Positions 46,828-54,910 of a stretch of 64,000 nucleotides of DNA are shown here, piece by piece. Each line of letters opens with the position of its first letter. The stretch's first letter is position 1. A program made the position numbers and the translations under genes. The notes under the pieces were generated by a model. It did no database searches and had not been told where the DNA came from. It saw only the letters and a program-made list of their open reading frames with translations. Origin of the DNA: Candidatus Parcubacteria bacterium (lineage in GTDB: Bacteria; Patescibacteriota; Minisyncoccia; UBA6257; 2-01-FULL-56-20); contig DAIEHA010000001.1 of assembly GCA_027355945.1 (NCBI GenBank), forward strand, positions 3,390 to 67,389, written 5' to 3'.

Positions 46828-47609
46828 ACGGATCACACGAACCACACGAACCAAAGGAACTCATGCAATCCGCACAATCCGCACATCAGGAGCCGCGTGC
46901 CGAGGGCGTAAGCGGCGATCCGGGCAACAGGGTCCTCGAAGCGATAAAAGAGCGCGAACTTCGCATGCGGCCGCGGCAGTATTTCGTGCTGCGGGCGATC
47001 CTCGTGGCCCTTGGGGCATCCCTCCTCTTCCTGCTGCTTCTGTATGTGGCGAGTTTCGTCATCTATGCGCTCCACATGGATGGATTATGGTTTGCGCCGG
47101 AATACGGCATTTCCGGATGGCTACTGTTCTTCTCCGGGCTTCCCTGGGGATTGCTCCTTCTTTCCCTTGCGATCCTGCTCCTTCTCGCGGTGATCCTGAG
47201 GAATTATGAATTCGTCTATCATCAGCCGCTCTTCTATCCTTTGTTCGCGTTCGTGGTGCTCATCGCGATCGGAGGATTTTTCCTGGGGACGACCGCGCTC
47301 CATCCCGATCTTTCCCGTTTTGCGGCAAGGAACGCGCCGGTGCTCGAGAATTTCTATGAATACGAGACCGCGTTCCCCTCGAGCGTCCATCGGGGCGTGA
47401 TCGTGTCCTTGGGCAATGGGACGTTCATCATCGCGGATGGTTTCGGCGTAACATCGAGCATCGTGGGAGGACCCGTACAGGGATTCCAAGTGGGCGATGT
47501 GGTGCTCGTGTTCGGCATGCGCCGGGACGACGGCGTGATCAAGGCGTTTGGCGTGCAGCAGATGGGCATGGCGACCTCAACGATCGTGCCTACGGGGACG
47601 ATGCAGTGA
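46824..47609 (+). CDS. Putative anti-sigma factor / membrane protein co-transcribed with ECF sigma
   Basis: Start overlaps the sigma-factor stop (ATGA). Cytoplasmic N-terminus, 4 predicted TM helices, and a C-terminal extracytoplasmic domain. Confidence 0.5.
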   Translation: MNGSHEPHEPKELMQSAQSAHQEPRAEGVSGDPGNRVLEAIKERELRMRPRQYFVLRAILVALGASLLFLLLLYVASFVIYALHMDGLWFAPEYGISGWLLFFSGLPWGLLLLSLAILLLLAVILRNYEFVYHQPLFYPLFAFVVLIAIGGFFLGTTALHPDLSRFAARNAPVLENFYEYETAFPSSVHRGVIVSLGNGTFIIADGFGVTSSIVGGPVQGFQVGDVVLVFGMRRDDGVIKAFGVQQMGMATSTIVPTGTMQ

Positions 47610-47736
47610 AAGAAACATTGCGCCGGTATGTAGTAATGGATGTCCGGCGCCATGGAGCCGGACCCCATAAGGGGGAAAGGTCGCAAATCAAAAATGAGAA
47701 AGAACAATATGGTTTATTTTAGGGGGAGCGGCGGAT

Positions 47737-47795
47737 ACCGCGCGCGTTTCCGGGAGACAGGGGAGACCCGGAACGCATAGAGACGGACGCGCGGT
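47737..47795. other. Y-shaped nested hairpin element within 470-nt non-coding region (candidate structured RNA / riboswitch-like)
   Basis: ACCGCGCG (47737-44) pairs with CGCGCGGT (47788-95), enclosing CCGGG (47750-54)...CCCGG (47767-71). Further hairpins lie at 47642-47663 (GTCCGGC/GCCGGAC) and 47950-47985 (AAACCCTCCCTCG/CGAGCGGAGGGTTT). Confidence 0.25.
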
Positions 47796-48012
47796 CGCGT
47801 GATGCTCATCGGGCTGCCCCGGTCCATCGGACGCAGGGAATAAGGGGAATTCCTTGCAGAGAGAAAGACCAAATACGGGCAGGAGCACGCGAACGCCGTT
47901 CCTCCTCCGCACTATATAACAACCGACATAATCATCTCATACTCATAGTAAACCCTCCCTCGTCTTCGACCCGAGCGGAGGGTTTGCTATATGCAGGAGA
48001 ATGGCGGGGCCA

Positions 48013-48041
48013 TTGACCCATGTTCCGATCGCCGTTACATT
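48013..48041 (+). promoter_or_regulatory. Putative sigma70 promoter TTGACC-N17-TACATT for small gene 48082-48354
   Basis: -35 box at 48013-18, -10 at 48036-41, SD AGGAGG at 48067-72, ATG at 48082. Confidence 0.5.
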
Positions 48042-48081
48042 AAAATGCAGCCGCATCGTCGTTTGAAGGAGGAAGATTCCA

Positions 48082-48354
48082 ATGGCCGCAGCCGTAGTGC
48101 GCACCGCGGGGATTTCCGGATGTGCATGGCTCAAGGAGATCGCAGACGAAGAATTGTACTGCCTTCTCACGGGGACCTTTTCAAAGGAAAAGGCCGCCGT
48201 ACTCGTCCATGCCGTAAGCGGGTTTCCCGGATGCGTTTCATGCGCGGAACGCATCGCATTCGCCATGAGGATGGGAGAACGGTATTTCACCCTGGAGGAA
48301 CGGATGGGATTTCGTGTTGCCGCGCTCGGAAAGATAGCGGGGTATGGGATATGA
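48082..48354 (+). CDS. Small 4-Cys hypothetical protein
   Basis: 90 aa ORF with a strong SD, its own promoter and its own terminator. Cysteines at CAWLKE...YCLL...PGCVSCAER. Confidence 0.55.
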   Translation: MAAAVVRTAGISGCAWLKEIADEELYCLLTGTFSKEKAAVLVHAVSGFPGCVSCAERIAFAMRMGERYFTLEERMGFRVAALGKIAGYGI

Positions 48355-48363
48355 GACTATCGT

Positions 48364-48396
48364 GCACGCAGCCGGTCCCGGCAGCGTGCTTTTTTT
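48364..48396 (+). terminator. Rho-independent terminator
   Basis: GCACGCAGCCGG tc CCGGCAGCGTGC followed by TTTTTTT. Confidence 0.75.
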
Positions 48397-48415
48397 ATCG
48401 TCTTCATCCCGGACG

Positions 48416-49021
48416 CTATGAGCGCCGTTCAAGGGATGCGCCGAGGGTCTCATCATCGGAGAACTCTATCTCCCCGCCGGTGGGAAGACCTCGTCCGAGC
48501 CGGCTTATGCGCTTTGCGAGAGGGGTGAGCTCTTTCATGAGAAGCGATGCCTGGAAATCCCCGAGCGATGTGGGATTGAATGCGAGGATTATCTCGTCCG
48601 CCTGTCCTCCGAGGTCCTCCTTCACGGATCTCGCGAGTGCCGCAAGACGCGTTCTCTGCCATGGCTCGAGGAATCCCGTCTTGGGGACCTGGCCGATGAT
48701 GAAATAGCGGCCGGTATATTTTTTCGTGTTCTCGAGCGACAGAAGGTCCGTTTCCTTTTCGACGGCCATGATGGTCTTTGCGTTCCGCGCCGGATTGGCG
48801 CAGATATCGCAGAGATCGCCCTCGTTCTGATGGATGAAATAGCAGCGCGTGCAGACCTTCATCTTCGCGAGCCCTTCGATGGCTCCGCCGAGGTTGCGCA
48901 GACGATCCGGACCTTCGTTGATGAGATGGAACGCCAGACGTATCGCCTGGCGTGGTCCGATCGAGGGGAGTTCGGAAAGTTCGTCGACCACTTTCTGTAT
49001 GGGATCGGGAAGCCTCATCAT
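48416..49021 (-). CDS. recR: Recombination protein RecR
   Basis: MMRLPDPIQKVVDELSELPSIGPRQAIRLAFHL..., a C4 zinc finger (CTRCYFIHQNEGDLCDIC), and a Toprim domain. Confidence 0.9.
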   Translation of the reverse strand: MMRLPDPIQKVVDELSELPSIGPRQAIRLAFHLINEGPDRLRNLGGAIEGLAKMKVCTRCYFIHQNEGDLCDICANPARNAKTIMAVEKETDLLSLENTKKYTGRYFIIGQVPKTGFLEPWQRTRLAALARSVKEDLGGQADEIILAFNPTSLGDFQASLLMKELTPLAKRISRLGRGLPTGGEIEFSDDETLGASLERRS

Positions 49022-49103
49022 ACACACAAGGATAGCCGATGGCACTTAAAGGGTAAAGGACGGTCCGTATGGGGATGTCCTTTCCGGGGGTCGAGCCGGA
49101 ACG

Positions 49104-50474
49104 CTACAGCGCGGGGAGTTCCTCGTAGCGCTTTTCGATCGTTCTGAATGTGGCGCGTTCGCCATCGAAGAAGAAATCCAGGTCCTTCAAGGGTCCGTTG
49201 CGGTGCTTCGCGACGCGGAGGTGCACGATATTGTCCGCTGTCGTTGCGGTATCGTTCGGATTGCGCTCGTCGCGGTAGATGAACATGACGACGTCGGCGT
49301 CCTGTTCGATGGACCCCGAATCGCGGAGGTCTGAGAGGCGAGGCACCTTATGATCGCGCTGTTCGAGTCCGCGGGAGAGCTGGGAGAGCGCGAGTACCGG
49401 CACTTTGAGCTCGCGGGCGAGCGCTTTGAGCCCCCGGGAGATCTCCGTGATCATGTTCACCATGTTGTCGCTCGAGATGCGCGGTTTGATGAGCTGGAGA
49501 TAATCCACCACAAGAAGGTCGAGTCCATGCTCCACCTGGAGGCGCCGCGCCATGGAGCGCATCTGGAGCACCGTGAGAGAGGGGCTGTCATCGATGTAGA
49601 TCGTGGATTCGGCGAGGCGATCGAGGGCGCTTTGGATCATGGCGAACTCCTGGTCGTTCGAGATGCGTCCTGTGAGGATGTTCCAAAGGGGGACCTGCGA
49701 CTCCGCGGCGATGATGCGGTCCTGGAGCTGCTCCCGTGACATTTCAAGGGAGAAGATGCCGACCGTATGGCCGGCCTTCGCGGCGTTGCGGGCGATATCG
49801 AGGGCAAGGGAGGTCTTACCGACGGAAGGGCGGGCGCCGAGGATGACGAGCTCCGATTGCTGGAGGCCCGAGAGCGTCTGATCGAGCTCCGGGAATCCCG
49901 TGGGAACGCCGCGGAGCTTGCCGCCGCCCTCATGGAGCTTTGCGATACGTTCGATGGCGGTCCCGAGATCGTCCTTGAGCGCCACGAAATTCTGGGGGAG
50001 CGATTTCTGCGATATGGAAAGTATCTTCTGCTCGACCTCGTCGAGTAGGTCTTCGACGTCGCCACCCTTCACGCGGAACACCTCTTCTGCGATCTCGGCG
50101 GATGCCCTCACAAGGTCGCGCATCACCTTCTTCTGTTTCACGATCTGCGCATAGTGCTGGACGTGGGACGCGGAGGAGACGCGGTTTGTGAGTTCCGCGA
50201 GATAGGTGGACCCTCCGACCTCCGCGAGCGCATCGCGCTCCTTCAAATAGGTGGTGAGGGAGAGCACATCGATGGGCTGTCGCTTTTCATAGAGTCCGAG
50301 GACGGCTTTATAGATCCTCTCGTGCTGGGGCGAATAGAAGTCTTCGGGCAGGAGCATGTCTGACACGCGGAAGATCGCGTTCTTGTCGATGAGCAATGCG
50401 CCGAGCACGGTGGCCTCCGCCTCGATGTTCTGGGGCGGAAGTTTTGCGATGGATTGTTTCGGAAGCGATGGCAT
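49104..50474 (-). CDS. dnaB: Replicative DNA helicase DnaB
   Basis: N-terminal domain PPQNIEAEATVLGALL; RecA-like core GARPSVGKTSLALDIA...; no intein. Confidence 0.92.
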   Translation of the reverse strand: MPSLPKQSIAKLPPQNIEAEATVLGALLIDKNAIFRVSDMLLPEDFYSPQHERIYKAVLGLYEKRQPIDVLSLTTYLKERDALAEVGGSTYLAELTNRVSSASHVQHYAQIVKQKKVMRDLVRASAEIAEEVFRVKGGDVEDLLDEVEQKILSISQKSLPQNFVALKDDLGTAIERIAKLHEGGGKLRGVPTGFPELDQTLSGLQQSELVILGARPSVGKTSLALDIARNAAKAGHTVGIFSLEMSREQLQDRIIAAESQVPLWNILTGRISNDQEFAMIQSALDRLAESTIYIDDSPSLTVLQMRSMARRLQVEHGLDLLVVDYLQLIKPRISSDNMVNMITEISRGLKALARELKVPVLALSQLSRGLEQRDHKVPRLSDLRDSGSIEQDADVVMFIYRDERNPNDTATTADNIVHLRVAKHRNGPLKDLDFFFDGERATFRTIEKRYEELPAL

Positions 50475-50528
50475 GATGTGTGGTGATATATTCTTCGTTT
50501 CTCGGCGCACGAGAGGGGGGCGTCCGGT

Positions 50529-51896
50529 TCAAAAGAACCTCTTCACGAGTACCGAGCCAGCCTCGGCATCCCGTATCTCATATCCTAGTCCTTCCAGCTC
50601 CTTTCTCAAGGCGTCGGACTGGATAAACTGTTTATTATCCCGGCATACCTTATATTCCTCGAATTTGGCGAGCACTTCTGCGGGTATTTCACGCGCAAGA
50701 GCGGTGGCGGACTCGATGGCGAAACCGAAAAGCCGGTCAAAAAAGCGGAAAAGCGCCAATCGCGCTCCCGGTGCAAGCGCATCTCCCTTCGTCGCCTCCA
50801 TGAAAAGGGAGAGGGCTTTCGGAGTGTTCAGATCGTCATCGAGCGCTTCGTCGATGCGCGCCATCCATCCCGGGTCCACGGTTCCGGGTTCTGTGTCGCG
50901 GATCTCGAGGAAGCGCGCGGAGATCGTTTCGAGTTCCTTTTTCGCCTGGGCGATGACGCGTTCCGAAAGATCGAATGGCGCGCGATAGTGATGTGAGAAC
51001 GCCATCCAGCGGAGGAGCGCCGCCGCACGGGGGCCTTCCTTCGCGAGAAAATCACGGATCGTGACGAAGTTGCCGGCACTCTTCGCCATCTTCCTCCCTT
51101 CGACGGTGAGCGCGCCCGCATGCATCCAGATCCGCACGAACGGTTTCATACCCGATGCGGATTCCTGCTGAGCAAGCTCCGCTTCATGGTGGGGGAATTT
51201 GAGATCGAGCCCCCCGCCATGGATCTCGTATTGCGGTCCGAAATAGTATTCACTGATCGCGGTGTCCTCGATATGCCATCCGGGCCGTCCTGCACCGAGG
51301 GAGGAGGGCCATGACGGTTCAGCATCGTTCCCTTCCGTGCGGAATTTCCAGAGGCAGAAATCCCCTTTGTTGCGTTTGTCCCGCGATTCGTCGATCCGCG
51401 ATACACCGTCCTCCGCCTGCGCCGCGGTGCGTCCGGAGAGCTTGCCATATTCAGGGTCTTTTGCGATATCGAAATACCAGCCATCGCCGGGGATCTCGTA
51501 CGCGAACCCTTTATCAATGAGGCGCTCCACCTGGGCGACGATCTGGGAGATGAACGCGGTCGCGGGCGCGTAGGTCGTCACTGCGTCGACGCCGAGCGCG
51601 CGCATGTCGTCGAGATACGCCTCCGTGAAGGTCGCCGCCACCTCTGCCGCAGACCGATGTTCGGCCGCCGCCTTTGCGATGATCTTATCGTCGACATCGG
51701 TGATGTTCTGGAGGTAGTGCACCTCGTACCCGCGGGCGCGGAGAAGCTTTGCGAAGAGATCGAAGAATACGTACGTGCGCGCATTGCCGAGATGAAGGTA
51801 GTCGTATACCGTGGGCCCGCATACGAAGAGGCGCAGGATGGGCTGGTCGGGTAGCGGCTCTTCCCGGCGGGAAAGGCTGTTATAAAGCGCGAGCAT
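50529..51896 (-). CDS. cysS: Cysteinyl-tRNA synthetase
   Basis: VCGPTVYDYLHLGNARTYVFFD (HIGH-type) and KMAKSAGNF (KMSKS). Confidence 0.92.
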   Translation of the reverse strand: MLALYNSLSRREEPLPDQPILRLFVCGPTVYDYLHLGNARTYVFFDLFAKLLRARGYEVHYLQNITDVDDKIIAKAAAEHRSAAEVAATFTEAYLDDMRALGVDAVTTYAPATAFISQIVAQVERLIDKGFAYEIPGDGWYFDIAKDPEYGKLSGRTAAQAEDGVSRIDESRDKRNKGDFCLWKFRTEGNDAEPSWPSSLGAGRPGWHIEDTAISEYYFGPQYEIHGGGLDLKFPHHEAELAQQESASGMKPFVRIWMHAGALTVEGRKMAKSAGNFVTIRDFLAKEGPRAAALLRWMAFSHHYRAPFDLSERVIAQAKKELETISARFLEIRDTEPGTVDPGWMARIDEALDDDLNTPKALSLFMEATKGDALAPGARLALFRFFDRLFGFAIESATALAREIPAEVLAKFEEYKVCRDNKQFIQSDALRKELEGLGYEIRDAEAGSVLVKRFF

Positions 51897-51941
51897 AAGG
51901 ACATTATACCCTCCACACCGTAAATCCCAAGCCGGCCCGCG

Positions 51942-52823
51942 TCAGAACCACCCTTTCCTTTTGAAATAGGTTGCAAGCGCGAGGATCCCCGCCACCATCG
52001 TGCCGGTGATGATCCAGAAACCGCCGGGAAGGTTGATGAGCGGCGTGTCCCTGGTGTTCATGCTGAAGATGGCGATGAAGAGCATGAACGGGAACGTGAG
52101 GAAGGACAGTGCGGTGAACGTTCTCATGACGGTGTTGATCTTGAGGTTCATGAGCTGGTTGTTCGTATCCTCGAAGTCGCGGATCGCCTCGCGATAGTCG
52201 TCGATCTGATTCACCACCTTAAGTTGATCGCCCATGAGGTCGTTCAGATAGACCTCAGCGCTCGGGCCCCACAGCTTCTTGCCTTTTACCACAAGGGAAC
52301 GGAGGATGGGTTCCTGCGAACGTACGATGATGCGGTATTCCGAGATGTCCCGTTTGAGATAGGTTATCTGCTGGAGCACCTCGCGCTCCTTGTCTTTGAA
52401 TATCTCACGGCCTACCGCCTCCACCTTCTCCCGGATATGGCGGAGCTGTCGTTCCTGGAAGAGGACGAGATTGCCGATGAGGCGGTACATGAGCGTGAGC
52501 GACGCGTCGTAGTTCGTGATGTCGAAGCCGTCCATGGCGTCATGGATGGATTCGTAATGCACGGTCACGACGGAGTCCTTGGTCACGATGAAATCGATCT
52601 CGGTGCGGACCGAAGCCTCATCATCCTTGTCGTAGAGCGGAAAATAATAGATGAAGAAGATGTAATCCTTGTATGTCTCGGCCCGCGCCCGCGCCGAAGG
52701 CTCTTTCAATTCCTCGAGGATCACGGGATGGATGCCGAACTCCGATCCGAGCCACGCAATATCCTTTTCGGTCGGACGTTTGATGTCGATCCAGCGGACC
52801 CCTTTGCCCTCCTTTATCTCCAT
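51942..52823 (-). CDS. corA: CorA-family divalent cation transporter
   Basis: Cytoplasmic domain plus two C-terminal TM helices with FSMNT (GMN-type motif variant). Confidence 0.8.
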   Translation of the reverse strand: MEIKEGKGVRWIDIKRPTEKDIAWLGSEFGIHPVILEELKEPSARARAETYKDYIFFIYYFPLYDKDDEASVRTEIDFIVTKDSVVTVHYESIHDAMDGFDITNYDASLTLMYRLIGNLVLFQERQLRHIREKVEAVGREIFKDKEREVLQQITYLKRDISEYRIIVRSQEPILRSLVVKGKKLWGPSAEVYLNDLMGDQLKVVNQIDDYREAIRDFEDTNNQLMNLKINTVMRTFTALSFLTFPFMLFIAIFSMNTRDTPLINLPGGFWIITGTMVAGILALATYFKRKGWF

Positions 52824-52947
52824 GGGTTCATTGTAGCATAATCATCATGGAGAAACGGGACGTAGGGGAGTAGGGAGCTTTGCAATTTCAAGTATACGTG
52901 GTATGGTATTTCATAGTAATTCTCCTGAGGGAAGGAAAAGAGGGGTT

Positions 52948-53424
52948 ATGACGATGTGCTGTGTCGAAACAGGAAAAGGGTGCACCCATGCGTGCGCTCT
53001 TCGCGCCGCCCACAACAAGAACGGCATCGAAACACCCGTAGTATTCAGGTTGTTGGATCCCCGCCCGATGCATCATCCCCAGTATGCCGCGGGAGTGCAT
53101 GATGGATATTTCAAAAACGTGGACTCAGGGAAGCTTGAGTGCAAAGCGTACCTGGAGGGTACGATGGCCGGCATGGAATTCTGGGATCGCATGATGTCCC
53201 TCTCGGAATCGGAGCGTAAGGCGCTCGTCATCGGCGTCCGTCGCATGCCCCGCCATGCATGGGAGCTCCTGCGCGGACCGCAGCCGAAGATGGAGAGCTT
53301 GTCCCTTGCGAGGTCCTATGCCGCAGGAATGAGGGCATGGGATTCCGAGGTCATTGCTCGGATCCTCGGCGATGCGGATTTCGTGGTACGGCTTGGCGCG
53401 GTCGCCATCCCCGCGCGCCATTGA
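52948..53424 (+). CDS. Hypothetical protein with Cys-rich N-terminus
   Basis: ORF MTMCCVETGKGCTHACALRAA..., with an SD-like AAGAGGGG upstream and a terminator downstream. Confidence 0.45.
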   Translation: MTMCCVETGKGCTHACALRAAHNKNGIETPVVFRLLDPRPMHHPQYAAGVHDGYFKNVDSGKLECKAYLEGTMAGMEFWDRMMSLSESERKALVIGVRRMPRHAWELLRGPQPKMESLSLARSYAAGMRAWDSEVIARILGDADFVVRLGAVAIPARH

Positions 53425-53478
53425 TCGTCCCTCGAATGATGCGGTACTCGGGGTCGAGTACGATATAGTTTCCCGATC

Positions 53479-53511
53479 GCGGCCAAGAACCCCACTTGGC
53501 CGCATTTTTTA
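53479..53511 (+). terminator. Rho-independent terminator upstream of hrcA promoter
   Basis: GCGGCCAAG (loop aacccca) CTTGGCCGC followed by ATTTTTTAT. Confidence 0.8.
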
Positions 53512-53538
53512 TGCCTCCGTCCCGAAGCGCCGGCATGC

Positions 53539-53578
53539 TTGGCAGTCGCTTGACTAGACTGCCAACGTACGTATAATG
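53539..53578 (+). promoter_or_regulatory. hrcA promoter (TTGACT-N17-TATAAT) overlapping CIRCE-like IR9-N9-IR9 operator TTGGCAGTC-N9-GACTGCCAA
   Basis: The inverted repeat spans 53539-53565 (perfect 9-bp arms, 9-nt spacer). The -35 is at 53550-55 and the -10 at 53573-78. The ATG at 53583 lies about 5 nt after the -10, so the transcript is probably leaderless. Confidence 0.65.
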
Positions 53579-53582
53579 AAAC

Positions 53583-54290
53583 ATGATGACGGGACGGACC
53601 GAACAGATCCTCGAAGCGGCGATCCAGGAGTTCATTGCGGCAGGAGAGCCGGTGAGCTCCGGATTGTTGTACCGGAAATACGAGTTCGGCATCAAGCCGG
53701 CGATGATACGCCTCGAGCTCGATGCGCTCGAGGACCAGGGATACCTTGAGCAGCCGCACCATTCCGCGGGCCGCGTGCCCACGGATGCCGGCTATGAGTT
53801 CTTCGCCGCGAAGCTCCTTGAGAGCGCCGCGCGAAGCGCGCGGGAACGCGCACGGGCGAGCGCCGCGCGCGCGGCATCCCTTCGCGAGCTTCTTGAGGAG
53901 CGCGCATGGTCCGATCTCATGGACGGACTTTCCGCGGAGCTGGGGCTTTTGAGCGTCATTGCCGACAATGCGCGCGAAGAGGTGTACAAAGCGGGACTTG
54001 AGGCGCTCGTGGACCGCCTCGATTGGCAGGACCGGGAGGGTATCCGTTCGGTGATACGGGATTTCGAAGAGGTGGATGCGCGCGTGCCGGCCGCGGCGCC
54101 GAATATCGGCGGAGGGTCGCATGTGTATATCGGACGCAAGAGCCCGATCACCCGGAGCGAGGAACTTTCGGTCGTGGGTGGGAATTATGATGCGGGCGAC
54201 GGGGTGATGGTCTCCATTTTTGCGATCGGGCCGAAGAGGATGGATTATGAAAAGGTCATACGCACACTGAAGGAACTTAACAATCTCTGA
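53583..54290 (+). CDS. hrcA: Heat-inducible transcription repressor HrcA (short, 235 aa)
   Basis: RTEQILEAAIQEFIAAGEPVSSGLLYRKY...IRLELDALEDQGYLEQPHHSAGRVPTDAGYEFF. It is first in the hrcA-grpE-dnaK-dnaJ order. Confidence 0.75.
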   Translation: MMTGRTEQILEAAIQEFIAAGEPVSSGLLYRKYEFGIKPAMIRLELDALEDQGYLEQPHHSAGRVPTDAGYEFFAAKLLESAARSARERARASAARAASLRELLEERAWSDLMDGLSAELGLLSVIADNAREEVYKAGLEALVDRLDWQDREGIRSVIRDFEEVDARVPAAAPNIGGGSHVYIGRKSPITRSEELSVVGGNYDAGDGVMVSIFAIGPKRMDYEKVIRTLKELNNL

Positions 54291-54298
54291 TAACCATT

Positions 54299-54835
54299 AT
54301 GAACACGGAGGCACCGAGGGACGAGGCAGCGATGCAGAAGGAGGACGCGGGTGCGCCTGCGGCACCGCAGGCGGGCGGGGACCTTGCGGCGAGGCTCGCC
54401 GAAGCGGAGGCGCGACGCGACGAATATCTTGCCGGATGGCAGCGGGCCAGGGCGGATTTCCTGAATTATAAGAAAGAGGAGCTCAGGCATCTTGAGGAGA
54501 TATCCCGATATGGCAATGCCGACATGATGAAAGAGCTCATCGGGATCATGGATAATTTCGATCTCGCACTCCGTACGCTCGAGAAGGAAGGTCCTGTCGA
54601 AAAGGGTATCTATATCATCCGTACGCAGATCGAGGATATCCTCAAGAAGCGCGGACTCGAAAGGGTGGCGATCGCGGTCGGCGACCCATTCGATCCGGCC
54701 ATCGCGGAAGCGCTCTCGGCCATCGAGGCGGACCAGCCGCCGGGAACGATCGTCGAGGAGATAGAGCCCGGGTATCGGTTGTATGAAAAAGTGTTGAGGC
54801 CGGCAAGGGTGATCGTATGCAAAGATCACGGCTGA
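54299..54835 (+). CDS. grpE: Nucleotide exchange factor GrpE
   Basis: ...YLAGWQRARADFLNYKKE...GDPFDPAIAEAL... Confidence 0.88.
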   Translation: MNTEAPRDEAAMQKEDAGAPAAPQAGGDLAARLAEAEARRDEYLAGWQRARADFLNYKKEELRHLEEISRYGNADMMKELIGIMDNFDLALRTLEKEGPVEKGIYIIRTQIEDILKKRGLERVAIAVGDPFDPAIAEALSAIEADQPPGTIVEEIEPGYRLYEKVLRPARVIVCKDHG

Positions 54836-54910
54836 GCGAGGGGAATCCCGTGGTCGCCGAGGAGGGAATATGAATAAAGGGACATCCAAACCAAAAACAA
54901 TAAAAAAACC

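Noticed and set aside
47610-48081. RNase P RNA, tmRNA or SRP RNA in the 470-nt non-coding region
   Set aside because: Only short weak matches are present (CCATAAGGG, CCAAATACGGGCAGG resembling RNase P J-regions). There is no GGTTCGAATCC T-arm or resume codon for tmRNA, no GGAAGGAAGCAGC SRP domain IV and no complete P4 helix pairing. Left as an unclassified structured region.
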